34,027 nucleotides of DNA, from positions 1 to 34,027 of IMG/VR virus record IMGVR_UViG_3300027265_000051; one strand, given 5' to 3'. The DNA comes from a virus. Its lineage: Duplodnaviria; Caudoviricetes. The number at the start of each line of letters is the position of its first letter. The stretch's first letter is position 1. The notes under the pieces are model-generated. The model ran no database searches and had not been told where the DNA came from. It saw nothing but the letters and a program-made list of their open reading frames with translations. The translations under genes were made by a program, and so were the position numbers. Positions 18,944 through 27,149 of this stretch are shown here, in pieces.

Positions 18944-19324
18944 TTAATTATTTATTAATTCGTTTACTACTTCTTTAAATTCTTTCTTTCCCTTCAATGT
19001 AAGCAGTACAGCCTTTCCAAATTGCTCAAGTATTGCTTTTGAAAATATCTCAATACTCTCTTTATATGCTGCACTTGCCTTTATCATTTGCAACATTGTT
19101 TGTTTCCCTTTCTCCAGCCTTGTTGCTTCAACGTGCTTAAAGTAAAACGGTGCTTTAATTGAAAACACAAACTGAGTTTTTCCCCCGTATGAATTAGTCA
19201 AATACCTAACTTCACTTGAGTTTAGCATAAAACCGCTTTTAACGTGTCCTTCTTGTTTTATTATGCTTTTCAACTCTGTTGTTAACTTGTCCGTTATGAT
19301 TATAGCAGCATCTGCAATTTTCAT
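18944..19324 (-). CDS. putative neck / tail completion protein, paralog B
   Basis: ELKSIIKQEGHVKSGFMLNS...APFYFKHVE. Confidence 0.6.
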   Translation of the reverse strand: MKIADAAIIITDKLTTELKSIIKQEGHVKSGFMLNSSEVRYLTNSYGGKTQFVFSIKAPFYFKHVEATRLEKGKQTMLQMIKASAAYKESIEIFSKAILEQFGKAVLLTLKGKKEFKEVVNELINN

Positions 19325-19327
19325 TTT

Positions 19328-19696
19328 TTACTTTTTAATATTCAAGTTTGCTATTACCATATCCCCCAGCAATCTTTTCAAGTAGTCCTTTGTCTGGTTC
19401 TTTACATCATAAGCCCCGTCTAAATAATTCTGGAACTCTTCTAACTTGCTGCTGTATGTATAACTGTTTTTCAGCATTTCAGTAAGCTGAAATTCACTGT
19501 CTACATATTGCCAGTAATAAGGTGCATTGTATGAGATAACAAACTTATTCTTTGAAATCATTGGTACATAAGCAACTTCAATTTGAATGCTGTTATACAA
19601 CAGCCCCGTTTTAACGTGACCTTCTGCTTTAATGATTGACCTTATTTCATTGGTTAAATCAGCACTGATTATGTTTAAAATTTCAAATAATTCCAT
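19328..19696 (-). CDS. putative neck / tail completion protein, paralog A
   Basis: EIRSIIKAEGHVKTGLLYNSI...APYYWQYVD; the TG.L..SI and Y..YV patterns resemble HK97 gp10-like proteins. Confidence 0.65.
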   Translation of the reverse strand: MELFEILNIISADLTNEIRSIIKAEGHVKTGLLYNSIQIEVAYVPMISKNKFVISYNAPYYWQYVDSEFQLTEMLKNSYTYSSKLEEFQNYLDGAYDVKNQTKDYLKRLLGDMVIANLNIKK

Positions 19697-19723
19697 ATTA
19701 CTTTTTCTTTGAAATATATTTTC

Positions 19724-20236
19724 TTATAAATTGTTTTGAGGAAAGTTTACATCTGACCAATCCTTTACAGGCAGACCACAATAAGAGTTTACATTTCTTA
19801 TTTGTATGTATAAAACAGTTGACCAGCCAGCAGCAAATTCAGTAACAGTTTCTTCTTCTGGAGTTAAATTAACTGAGGTTGTAAGCTCAATCAGGTTTTC
19901 TTTAAAGTAGGGGTGACAACTCATCAGGTTAACTATGTCCTGAATGATTTGGAAAGTATCACTGTACACTTCACTTTTGTTTGCCTCTCCTTTGTCCAAT
20001 CTATCCAAAACTCTTATGTATAAAGAGAATTGAACAGTATTAAACTTTTTCGTTTGGTTAGATTTTACAATGTTTGATGAAAGTGGTTTTACTTGGAGCA
20101 GGGGAAAGTTCACTTTCCCGTTGCTTTCGTTCAGCTCCCAATTTTTCCCCACAAAAAAACCTTTGATTTGCAAATGATGTTTTGCAATTTCTTCCATTAC
20201 TTTCAGAATCTGGTTGTATGTAATTATGTTTGACAT
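19724..20236 (-). CDS. putative tail terminator protein
   Basis: TYNQI...HLQIK.F, NFPLL, SDTFQIIQDI and AGW patterns; size and position fit. Confidence 0.6.
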   Translation of the reverse strand: MSNIITYNQILKVMEEIAKHHLQIKGFFVGKNWELNESNGKVNFPLLQVKPLSSNIVKSNQTKKFNTVQFSLYIRVLDRLDKGEANKSEVYSDTFQIIQDIVNLMSCHPYFKENLIELTTSVNLTPEEETVTEFAAGWSTVLYIQIRNVNSYCGLPVKDWSDVNFPQNNL

Positions 20237-20524
20237 TTAGCTTTTATTTTTTAATTTCAGTTCTTGCATTTTCATTTGTTTTTCATACTGTTCATCTCTC
20301 AACCTCCAATATGTAAGCAGGTTTAAAGCCAGTATGTAATTTTGTTTATACACTTCATCAAACTTTGTTATGTCACCGTTTGCCAGCTTCTCAACCAAGC
20401 CAAACCAAACAAAATTTGCTAAAGGGCTGGTTCTTTCTGCTCTGTCTTCTCCACTGCCTCCCCCGTTGTTAAAGAGTTTCCAGAATTTCTTTCCATATAA
20501 CTCATTGCGTTGCTGAAAAAAAAA
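20237..20524 (-). CDS. tail assembly chaperone, -1 frameshift extension (GT-like)
   Basis: No ATG start; frame is open across the T9 slippery run; WFGLVEKLANGDITKFDEV. Confidence 0.75.
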   Translation of the reverse strand, partial: FFFQQRNELYGKKFWKLFNNGGGSGEDRAERTSPLANFVWFGLVEKLANGDITKFDEVYKQNYILALNLLTYWRLRDEQYEKQMKMQELKLKNKS

Positions 20525-21057
20525 GCACACAACCCAAATACATCTGCAATACTTACATTTTGCTCTATAGTGCTAATGAATTCTGTGAATTTCTCAGCTT
20601 CAAATTCAGCTAAACCCCCGTTGTCAGTCCTTTTTCTTAGCATTAATGCCAAAGAAGGAGCAATTAAGTTTATAAAACTTGGGTCTTGCTGTACGTACAC
20701 TTCCAAAGAAATCATTTCACCTACACTAAACTTGTCAATGTCACTTTTCACATAGTACTTTTCCCCCAGAATCTCAATTTCATCAATAGTTTTGTTAGGA
20801 ATAACTTCTTCCAAGAACTTCAGAGTAGTAATAATTGCATTGAAATCAGGTATTGTAAGCTTATATACTTCTTCAATTGAAATTGAAAGCACCTTTGAAA
20901 GCAAAGCAGCAACTCTTTGAGTGCTGTTAATGTCCTTTACTAAATCCTTACCCTCCAAATCCTTTATTTCAACAATTCTTTTGTAGCAAGAAATGGATAT
21001 TTCTTCCCAGCTTTCGGGAACCTGTACTTCATTACCGTTTAAATTCAGTTTCTTCAT
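20419..21057 (-). CDS. tail assembly chaperone (G-like)
   Basis: VPESWEEISI N-terminus; contains GCT TTT TTT TTC slippery site (AFFF). Confidence 0.75.
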   Translation of the reverse strand: MKKLNLNGNEVQVPESWEEISISCYKRIVEIKDLEGKDLVKDINSTQRVAALLSKVLSISIEEVYKLTIPDFNAIITTLKFLEEVIPNKTIDEIEILGEKYYVKSDIDKFSVGEMISLEVYVQQDPSFINLIAPSLALMLRKRTDNGGLAEFEAEKFTEFISTIEQNVSIADVFGLCAFFFSNAMSYMERNSGNSLTTGEAVEKTEQKEPAL

Positions 21058-21093
21058 TTTTTATTTATAGATATATCTTTTGTGATTCTGTTT

Positions 21094-22344
21094 TTACCTA
21101 ACAACCCAGCCACCCCCAGAGAATTTGTTTCTGGCTGCAAGCCTGTGAGCAATAGCTGTTGCAAGTATTGTGTCATCGTGTCCGAATGATGCAAAGAATT
21201 GTGCAGTACCAGTTTTTGTATAGGAAACTACAAAGGCTCTCATTTCACTCTTCAAAATTTCGTTGTTTAACAGCTTTACAAGCCCTGTGTTCATTGAAAA
21301 CATCAATTCATTTACTATTTCACCTTTCGTTTGATTCGTTGTTATAAAAGGCTCTATGTTGTAAATCTTATCTACATATTTGAGGTCTGATAAAATGGGT
21401 AAACCTTGGTTGTTTTGCTCAATGCTTATCTTGTGGGGACTGTACAGCCTTATAACTTCTTTGATTGCATTTTTTATTTGATATGTTTCTTGGGAACCCT
21501 TCAACCTTTGTAGATATACTTGCTCCAGCTTCTGATTGAATACAGTAATTACAGTTGCATCTGCTCTCATTCCAATATCAACACCCACGTAATATCTGTC
21601 TCCAGCTTGCTTGCTCTGTTCTGGGAGTATGCAGCACTCTTCAACTCTGGTAAAGATTGAACTTGCATCAATGAATTCAGCTAAATACTCTTGTGCAAAC
21701 TGCTGGTCATTCATTTCAATCCTTCTTTGTTCAATATATGATTTGTCAAATTTTGGGTTGTCGTAACTTGTGAATTTGATTGAAGTATATGGGTTGTCTT
21801 GTGTCTCATCTAACCCCCTCACAAACCAATCAAAAACCCAGTTCTTGCCTTTTGGAGTTGTAGTAACCAAAACCTTTGAATTAGGCTTTGTCCCTATCAT
21901 TGGAAGTAATACTTCTTCAACTACTTCTTTTTTTATAAACGCTGCTTCATCAATTATTAAAAAATCTAATCCGTGTGTTCCCCTTAATATGTCACCAGAC
22001 CCGCCACTTTTAAAACTAATGGAACTTCCGTTTATAAGTTCAAGTAATATATCATTGTTACCCTCAAGATGTTTTGTAACAACACCACTTTTAATAAGGG
22101 GCTTTGCAATTGCTTTGAAAAATATTTTGGCTTGGCTTTGCGAAGGGGAAACAACCCAAATCTTTTGATTTGGCTTTCTTAATGCAGCCTTACAACACTG
22201 CATTTGTGCAGCTTTGCTTTTTCCTGAACCCCTCCCACAAACAACAACTATATATTTAAACTTTGGATTATCACAAGCAGTGTGAATAAGCTTCTGTTTA
22301 CTATGAGGCTTATACTGTAATTCTATTTCTCTGACTGCTTCCAT
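21094..22344 (-). CDS. terL: terminase large subunit
   Basis: Walker A GRGSGKS, Walker B LIIDEAA, coupling motif TTP, nuclease motifs VGVDIG and HDD. Confidence 0.95.
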   Translation of the reverse strand: MEAVREIELQYKPHSKQKLIHTACDNPKFKYIVVVCGRGSGKSKAAQMQCCKAALRKPNQKIWVVSPSQSQAKIFFKAIAKPLIKSGVVTKHLEGNNDILLELINGSSISFKSGGSGDILRGTHGLDFLIIDEAAFIKKEVVEEVLLPMIGTKPNSKVLVTTTPKGKNWVFDWFVRGLDETQDNPYTSIKFTSYDNPKFDKSYIEQRRIEMNDQQFAQEYLAEFIDASSIFTRVEECCILPEQSKQAGDRYYVGVDIGMRADATVITVFNQKLEQVYLQRLKGSQETYQIKNAIKEVIRLYSPHKISIEQNNQGLPILSDLKYVDKIYNIEPFITTNQTKGEIVNELMFSMNTGLVKLLNNEILKSEMRAFVVSYTKTGTAQFFASFGHDDTILATAIAHRLAARNKFSGGGWVVR

Positions 22345-22608
22345 TAAATCTTTAAATGTCTTGTTGTTGTTGAGTTTGATAGTTTCTTTTATCTGGTTTA
22401 TTCTTTACTTAAATCGTTTATAACTCTTATGTTTATTGAGTTTGGGGGGCTTTAGAGTTAATACGTATTTCAGTTATAGCAACCGCCCCCCAGCTCCAAC
22501 CCCCGTTGTCCAACTCCACAACCCCCACAATCTCTGACCTCTCCAGCCCTCAACCTTCTGTACTCTTACTCTACCAACCTTTTCAAGATTCTCAACTTCT
22601 TATTTTTC

Positions 22609-22636
22609 TTGTCTTATAACTATCATTATGTTAAAT
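22609..22636 (+). other. dif-like XerC/XerD recombination site
   Basis: TTGTCTTATAA-CTATCA-TTATGTTAAAT, 11-6-11 layout; right arm identical to the canonical XerD arm. Confidence 0.8.
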
Positions 22637-22748
22637 AGGAAAACCCCCAAAGCCCCTGTTAATACTGCATTCCTTAAAATTCTATCAGTTTTATTTTGGG
22701 GTGTACTCTGGAACCCCTGATTTTACAGGGGGGTTTAAAGTTGATATT

Positions 22749-23210
22749 TTAAATATTTTCTTCATTTTCTGGGGTGTTGTCTGGGGGGAGTTGTTCATCT
22801 TCATCAGAAAACTTTACAATAATATTACCAGAGACAGTTGTATTTATATCTTGCTTATCTTGCCAACCCCACCAGTTTTTCATAGCAAAGATTAAGCTGA
22901 CTTGACGGGGGTTTACAAGTAGTTGTTGCTCACAAAAGTTCTGTATAGTTGATTGTGCTCTTTTAATGAGTGGGGATATAGAATTGTTTCTTTTCAACAT
23001 TTCATATAGTTCACCCTTATCTGCAAACCCCAAATGTAGAGCCAGTCCAAGCATTGTGGGGGCTTTGTGGAACTTACCATCTTCTAACTCCCCCTCAATC
23101 CCAAGACACTTTATAAAGTACTCTTTAATCAGGGCTTCTAATTTTTCATAATCTCCTGCTCTATCAGCATCATATTTTAAAGGTTTTCCAATCTTATTTT
23201 TATTTTCCAT
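22749..23210 (-). CDS. terS: terminase small subunit (DNA packaging gp3-like)
   Basis: GKPLKY, PTMLGLALHLGF, IFAMKNWWGWQDKQ; upstream of terL. Confidence 0.85.
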   Translation of the reverse strand: MENKNKIGKPLKYDADRAGDYEKLEALIKEYFIKCLGIEGELEDGKFHKAPTMLGLALHLGFADKGELYEMLKRNNSISPLIKRAQSTIQNFCEQQLLVNPRQVSLIFAMKNWWGWQDKQDINTTVSGNIIVKFSDEDEQLPPDNTPENEENI

Positions 23211-23215
23211 AGTTA

Positions 23216-23659
23216 TTATTGTTTAAGGCATTTTGTACACATATTCTTTTTACTGAGGGGGTTCATTTTCCTGTTGCACTTTATGCAATACTTATCCCAT
23301 TCACTTTTTTCTTCTTCTTCTGTTTCCCCCTCAATCAACTCAGTTTCTACCACAACACTTTTTTTTTGTTGTTCTGGGCTTATTACAGGCTCTACAGCAA
23401 CTTCACTTTCTTGTTGTGCAGTTTGTTCTTGCTCCAACACAATAACCCCGTTTTCAACATTAGAAAGGGTTGCACTCATCCAGCCCAGCAAGTCCCACTT
23501 GACAGAGTTTGAATTTCCGCAAGATTGACAACTTACAGGTTTGTTTAAATAGGTTGCAGACATATTACTAACCCTTGCCAGTTCATCATTTGAAAACCAT
23601 TCTTTTTTTCTTAGCCATTCAAAATCTGATTTAATTTGATTGTATAATTCTACTTTCAT
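23216..23659 (-). CDS. hypothetical protein with CxxC motifs
   Basis: SCQSC, acidic linker, C-terminal CIKC...CTKC; preceded by late motif and SD. Confidence 0.75.
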   Translation of the reverse strand: MKVELYNQIKSDFEWLRKKEWFSNDELARVSNMSATYLNKPVSCQSCGNSNSVKWDLLGWMSATLSNVENGVIVLEQEQTAQQESEVAVEPVISPEQQKKSVVVETELIEGETEEEEKSEWDKYCIKCNRKMNPLSKKNMCTKCLKQ

Positions 23660-23697
23660 TTGCGTATTTTCTCCTATATATAAATATTTGATTGTTG

Positions 23698-23973
23698 TTA
23701 ATTGATGTATCTGTTTTCAATTTTTATAAAGAGCAGGGCAATAAGAGCAGCTGCTATTGCTGTATAAACATTCCCCCCACTTAATATTAAACAAGTCCAG
23801 AAGGAGCTGCATTTAATGCAGGTTAGCACCTTGTAGAGTTGATTGTACAGGAACAGGATATTTTTATTCTTAATTGTTTTTTGAAGTCTGTACAAGAAAA
23901 GCTGGAGGGGTTCAAAGTTGACAAGGAACCAAGCCAGCAGAAAAGATTGTAGTATAAATATGTAGTTAATCAT
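23698..23973 (-). CDS. small membrane protein with CxxC
   Basis: LTCIKCSSFW between hydrophobic segments. Confidence 0.7.
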   Translation of the reverse strand: MINYIFILQSFLLAWFLVNFEPLQLFLYRLQKTIKNKNILFLYNQLYKVLTCIKCSSFWTCLILSGGNVYTAIAAALIALLFIKIENRYIN

Positions 23974-24544
23974 TTGCTCTGGGGTCTTGAATGTTTGAAT
24001 CTTTTATTATCTGCTTTATTTCTTTGAGATATTTGAAAATGCTGATATAACTTATGTGTGTAAGCTTTGCAATTTTTCTGATTGAAAGGTTGCTGTTGAA
24101 GTACAGGTTGAATATTGAATTGTATATGTACTTTTTTTTATCTGATAATTCAGCAGCTTCTAAAGAAGCTTTTGCTCTGTTGTAAACAATTTCCTTTTGT
24201 TCTTGTATTGTTACTTTGTTTTCTTCATCGGCCTTTTGAATATTATAGTTGTAGTTGTTGGTTAAATCGGACATATATATTCTGTCTTTAAAAAATTTTC
24301 TCTGGAATTGTGAAGTAGGGGAAAAGGCCATATTTTGAATCATTGATATAACATAGTATTTGAGTTCACCCCTATTGTAAATCTGTTTTATTTTTTCCTC
24401 TGGCTTTTCCAATAAGTACAAAGCCAGTTCTTGCATTATATCAGCAGCCATAAAAGAGCCATACATAACAGCACACTCTTTTACATCTCTTTCAAGATAT
24501 ATTTGATTTACAATCTGGGCCAGGGTTTGAGCTGTTAGAATCAT
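23966..24544 (-). CDS. sigma-factor-like protein 3 (candidate late sigma)
   Basis: Region-2-like ADIMQELALYLLE and LKYYVISMIQN; region-4 HTH LSIRKIAKLTHISYISIFKYLK. Confidence 0.7.
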   Translation of the reverse strand: MILTAQTLAQIVNQIYLERDVKECAVMYGSFMAADIMQELALYLLEKPEEKIKQIYNRGELKYYVISMIQNMAFSPTSQFQRKFFKDRIYMSDLTNNYNYNIQKADEENKVTIQEQKEIVYNRAKASLEAAELSDKKKYIYNSIFNLYFNSNLSIRKIAKLTHISYISIFKYLKEIKQIIKDSNIQDPRAND

Positions 24545-24546
24545 AA

Positions 24547-24912
24547 TTATAAAAAAAGCTCCTTCACTTTGTTTTTCATTCTTTCAAATGCTGCTATATC
24601 ACTTGGAGTTAAGCCCCCGTAATACTTCTGAATTATTTCTTTTGCACTGTCTTCTTCAACCTGTAGCACTTGCATTACTTTCTGGCAAACTTCAAACTCA
24701 TCTTCTTTAATTGCAATATGAAGCAGTGAGTACCATTCTATCAAACCTTTTATGTACATATTAGCAACATCATTTTTTGTTTTTCTCTTGCTTAATATTT
24801 CCTCAATCCAGTCTGTATTTTCAGGTTCCTGTTTATTTATAAGCAAAAGCTCGTCTATCTCTTTGCTTATAAGCTGCCAGTCAATCTTATTATTTACATA
24901 CTTCTTTTTCAT
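24547..24912 (-). CDS. hypothetical protein (121 aa)
   Basis: Operonic ORF; AIKEDEFEVC helix pair weakly resembles a UVR motif. Confidence 0.7.
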   Translation of the reverse strand: MKKKYVNNKIDWQLISKEIDELLLINKQEPENTDWIEEILSKRKTKNDVANMYIKGLIEWYSLLHIAIKEDEFEVCQKVMQVLQVEEDSAKEIIQKYYGGLTPSDIAAFERMKNKVKELFL

Positions 24913-24930
24913 CAGCTTCGCTTTGGCTCT

Positions 24931-25182
24931 TTAGATTGAATTATCAATTTCTTTTATATATTCTTTGCCCTGTTCAACAGTGAAGCCATACTTCACAAAT
25001 TCTATTGCAACACCTGCAATTGTATTTTCTTTGAACTTCTTGCAATATTCAATTGCAAATACAGAACTCTCGTCTCCTTGTGCAGCTTCTCTTTCCAGTC
25101 TTTTGATGTTCTGGTTATGATGAAGTAAATAGCAGCGTATTTGCTCTGTTAAATAATCTGGTACTTTGTTTTTTGTTTTCAT
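24931..25182 (-). CDS. hypothetical protein (83 aa)
   Basis: Operonic ORF with ATG start. Confidence 0.7.
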   Translation of the reverse strand: MKTKNKVPDYLTEQIRCYLLHHNQNIKRLEREAAQGDESSVFAIEYCKKFKENTIAGVAIEFVKYGFTVEQGKEYIKEIDNSI

Positions 25183-25184
25183 AT

Positions 25185-25352
25185 TTATTTCTTTTTATTT
25201 TTCATAATCCAGTAAGTTGCTCTTGAAGCAAATAACATTGCATACATTGTTATAATTAAGTCTGGAACTTTCATAATGAGTAATTGAAAGAATAAGATAA
25301 ATAAGCTTGTGATAGTAAATATTATTGATTCTTTAAGTTCTGTTGTTTTCAT
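25185..25352 (-). CDS. 55 aa two-TM protein (not in ORF track)
   Basis: MKTTELKESIIFTITSLFILFFQLLIMKVPDLIITMYAMLFASRATYWIMKNKKK; stop lies 2 nt before the next ATG. Confidence 0.6.
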   Translation of the reverse strand: MKTTELKESIIFTITSLFILFFQLLIMKVPDLIITMYAMLFASRATYWIMKNKKK

Positions 25353-25443
25353 TATATTTTGTTTTTATCAGAACCTTTACCCCCGTCTACAAGCACAATG
25401 AGTGAAAAAGACTTGAAGACTTTGGGGGCTTTGGTTCCTTTGT

Positions 25444-25632
25444 TTATTTATTTTTCAACCAGCAAACAATTTCTAAGTTGTCATCTTCATTGGTGTATAT
25501 TTCAATTCTCTCTATTTCAAACTCTGTAGACTCTTTCAGTGACAAACCCATTATGTATTGATATTCATTTAACCCATTTTCAAGACAGAATTTTTTTAAT
25601 CCTTCTTTGCAGTATTCTCTTTTGTATTTCAT
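25444..25632 (-). CDS. hypothetical protein (62 aa)
   Basis: ATG preceded by the CTATTTAT motif. Confidence 0.65.
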   Translation of the reverse strand: MKYKREYCKEGLKKFCLENGLNEYQYIMGLSLKESTEFEIERIEIYTNEDDNLEIVCWLKNK

Positions 25633-25677
25633 AATTTTTCTTTGTTTTATATAAATAGGTAGAAAAAATAAAACCGC

Positions 25678-26232
25678 TTACTTTTTCAGGTGTTTTTTTA
25701 ACTTTTTTTTTGTTCTGTGAATTATTACTTTAACATTTTCTTCTTTCTTGCTGTATTTACGGGCAATTGCTGGTGCAGACATATCATTTAAAAGATAATC
25801 AATAAGTATGTTTTTTTCAATTGGTTTTACATTTTTCTCAAGAAAATCAATAACTTTTTTCTTTAGAATTTTGTAATCAAACTTGTCTTCACTTGTTAAG
25901 GCTCCAACATCTTCAATAGCTTCTATAATATCCAGTTCACTTTTATCAGCTTCGCTTGGGCTGTTTACAATAATTGCTTGCAGCTTATTTATTTCAAATT
26001 TATATGCAACAGTCCTGTAACGGTCTACAAGTGCATTCTCAACCATTTTGAAAATAAAAGTCATTTCAGAACCAACTGAGGGGTCAAAGTTTTTATAGTT
26101 AAGCAGAAACTTTGCAGCAACACTTGAAGCAATGTCTTCAACTGCATCTGGGTATATTCTTTTCAAAAAACATACATTCTTAGCAGTGCTGTAAGCCCTG
26201 TTGTATATTTTATTTTGCTCCATTCTGTTCAT
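25678..26232 (-). CDS. ECF-type RNA polymerase sigma factor (sigma 2)
   Basis: DAVEDIASSV...NFDPS...TFIFKMVENALVDRYR (region 2); MSAPAIARKY..KEENVKVIIHRTKKKLK (region 4). Confidence 0.85.
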   Translation of the reverse strand: MNRMEQNKIYNRAYSTAKNVCFLKRIYPDAVEDIASSVAAKFLLNYKNFDPSVGSEMTFIFKMVENALVDRYRTVAYKFEINKLQAIIVNSPSEADKSELDIIEAIEDVGALTSEDKFDYKILKKKVIDFLEKNVKPIEKNILIDYLLNDMSAPAIARKYSKKEENVKVIIHRTKKKLKKHLKK

Positions 26233-26983
26233 TTTTCCTTTTCCTTCTGTACTTCTCAGCTTTATACAATATCTCTGCTTTGTGCTTTAAATAATACTGT
26301 TGTCTGCTTTCTTTGTATGATAACATTTCTTTTTCTTGGGGTGTTATTCCTAGTTTATTTTCTGCAATCTTTATGAATTTTGTTATTGTGTCACCTTGCA
26401 AAAGCTTTTTTGTATATCCGTTTTCATACATATATTTTGCAATAAGATTCCCTGTAATTGTTTCTGGTAATACATCAATAATCCTGTATTTTAATTTTAT
26501 TGCTATGCTTTCCTTTTCATCCAAACACTCCAGTTTATTTTTTATGAGTTCTTTAATAAGAAACAGTTCATATTTATCTTCACCTTTGTTTTTGTAGTTC
26601 TCGAAAAAAATACTATCAAACACTCCTTCATATTTTCCCTTTTCTTTAATCCTGTCAGGAAAATGTACAGTATCATATTTTCGTTTTTCTCTGTATAAAA
26701 TAGTTTTGAAGTAATTAGTCAGGTAGGTTGTAAAGGCTGCATTTCCTTCACTGTAGGCTGAAATTGCTTTTAACATATAGAAATACAAATCTTGTTTAAG
26801 GTCTTGTAATAGCTGCCTGTCATAACTTGTTTGAATGCCGTTGTGTTTATACACAGATGTATAATATGCTTCAAAGTAGTTTTTACAGTGGTTGTATAAA
26901 TCCAGTAGAGCCTTTTCATCATAGCTTTCCTTTATCCTTCTTACAAGTCCAGCAACAATTATATTTCTTTCTTCACTTGTCAT
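26210..26983 (-). CDS. sigma70-family factor (sigma 1)
   Basis: DLKQDLYFYMLKAISAY....AAFTTY (region 2); LDEKESIAIKLKY...IAK...IKIAENKL (region 4). Confidence 0.8.
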   Translation of the reverse strand: MTSEERNIIVAGLVRRIKESYDEKALLDLYNHCKNYFEAYYTSVYKHNGIQTSYDRQLLQDLKQDLYFYMLKAISAYSEGNAAFTTYLTNYFKTILYREKRKYDTVHFPDRIKEKGKYEGVFDSIFFENYKNKGEDKYELFLIKELIKNKLECLDEKESIAIKLKYRIIDVLPETITGNLIAKYMYENGYTKKLLQGDTITKFIKIAENKLGITPQEKEMLSYKESRQQYYLKHKAEILYKAEKYRRKRKNEQNGAK

Positions 26984-27092
26984 TTCTTATTTTCTCATAA
27001 ATAGTCTGAGAAAATTAAAAAGCAACTACTTTACCTGCATATGTTCAGGAAACCATTGCAGCAGTAGCAATGAAAATTATTCAGGGGTTAAT

Positions 27093-27129
27093 AAAAACCC
27101 CCTCCTGTAGATAAATTTTCAGGGAGGGG
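27093..27129 (-). terminator. Intrinsic terminator (- strand)
   Basis: CCCCTCCTG / CAGGGAGGGG bulged stem with a T run on the - strand. Confidence 0.6.
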
Positions 27130-27149
27130 AAAAGAAAAACGTATGTGAA

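Noticed and set aside
22345-22748. Intron or HNH gene between terS and terL; E. coli-type KOPS (GGGNAGGG) next to dif
   Set aside because: Both terminase genes look complete, there is no - strand ORF of 60 aa or more, and no exact KOPS octamer was seen in the gap
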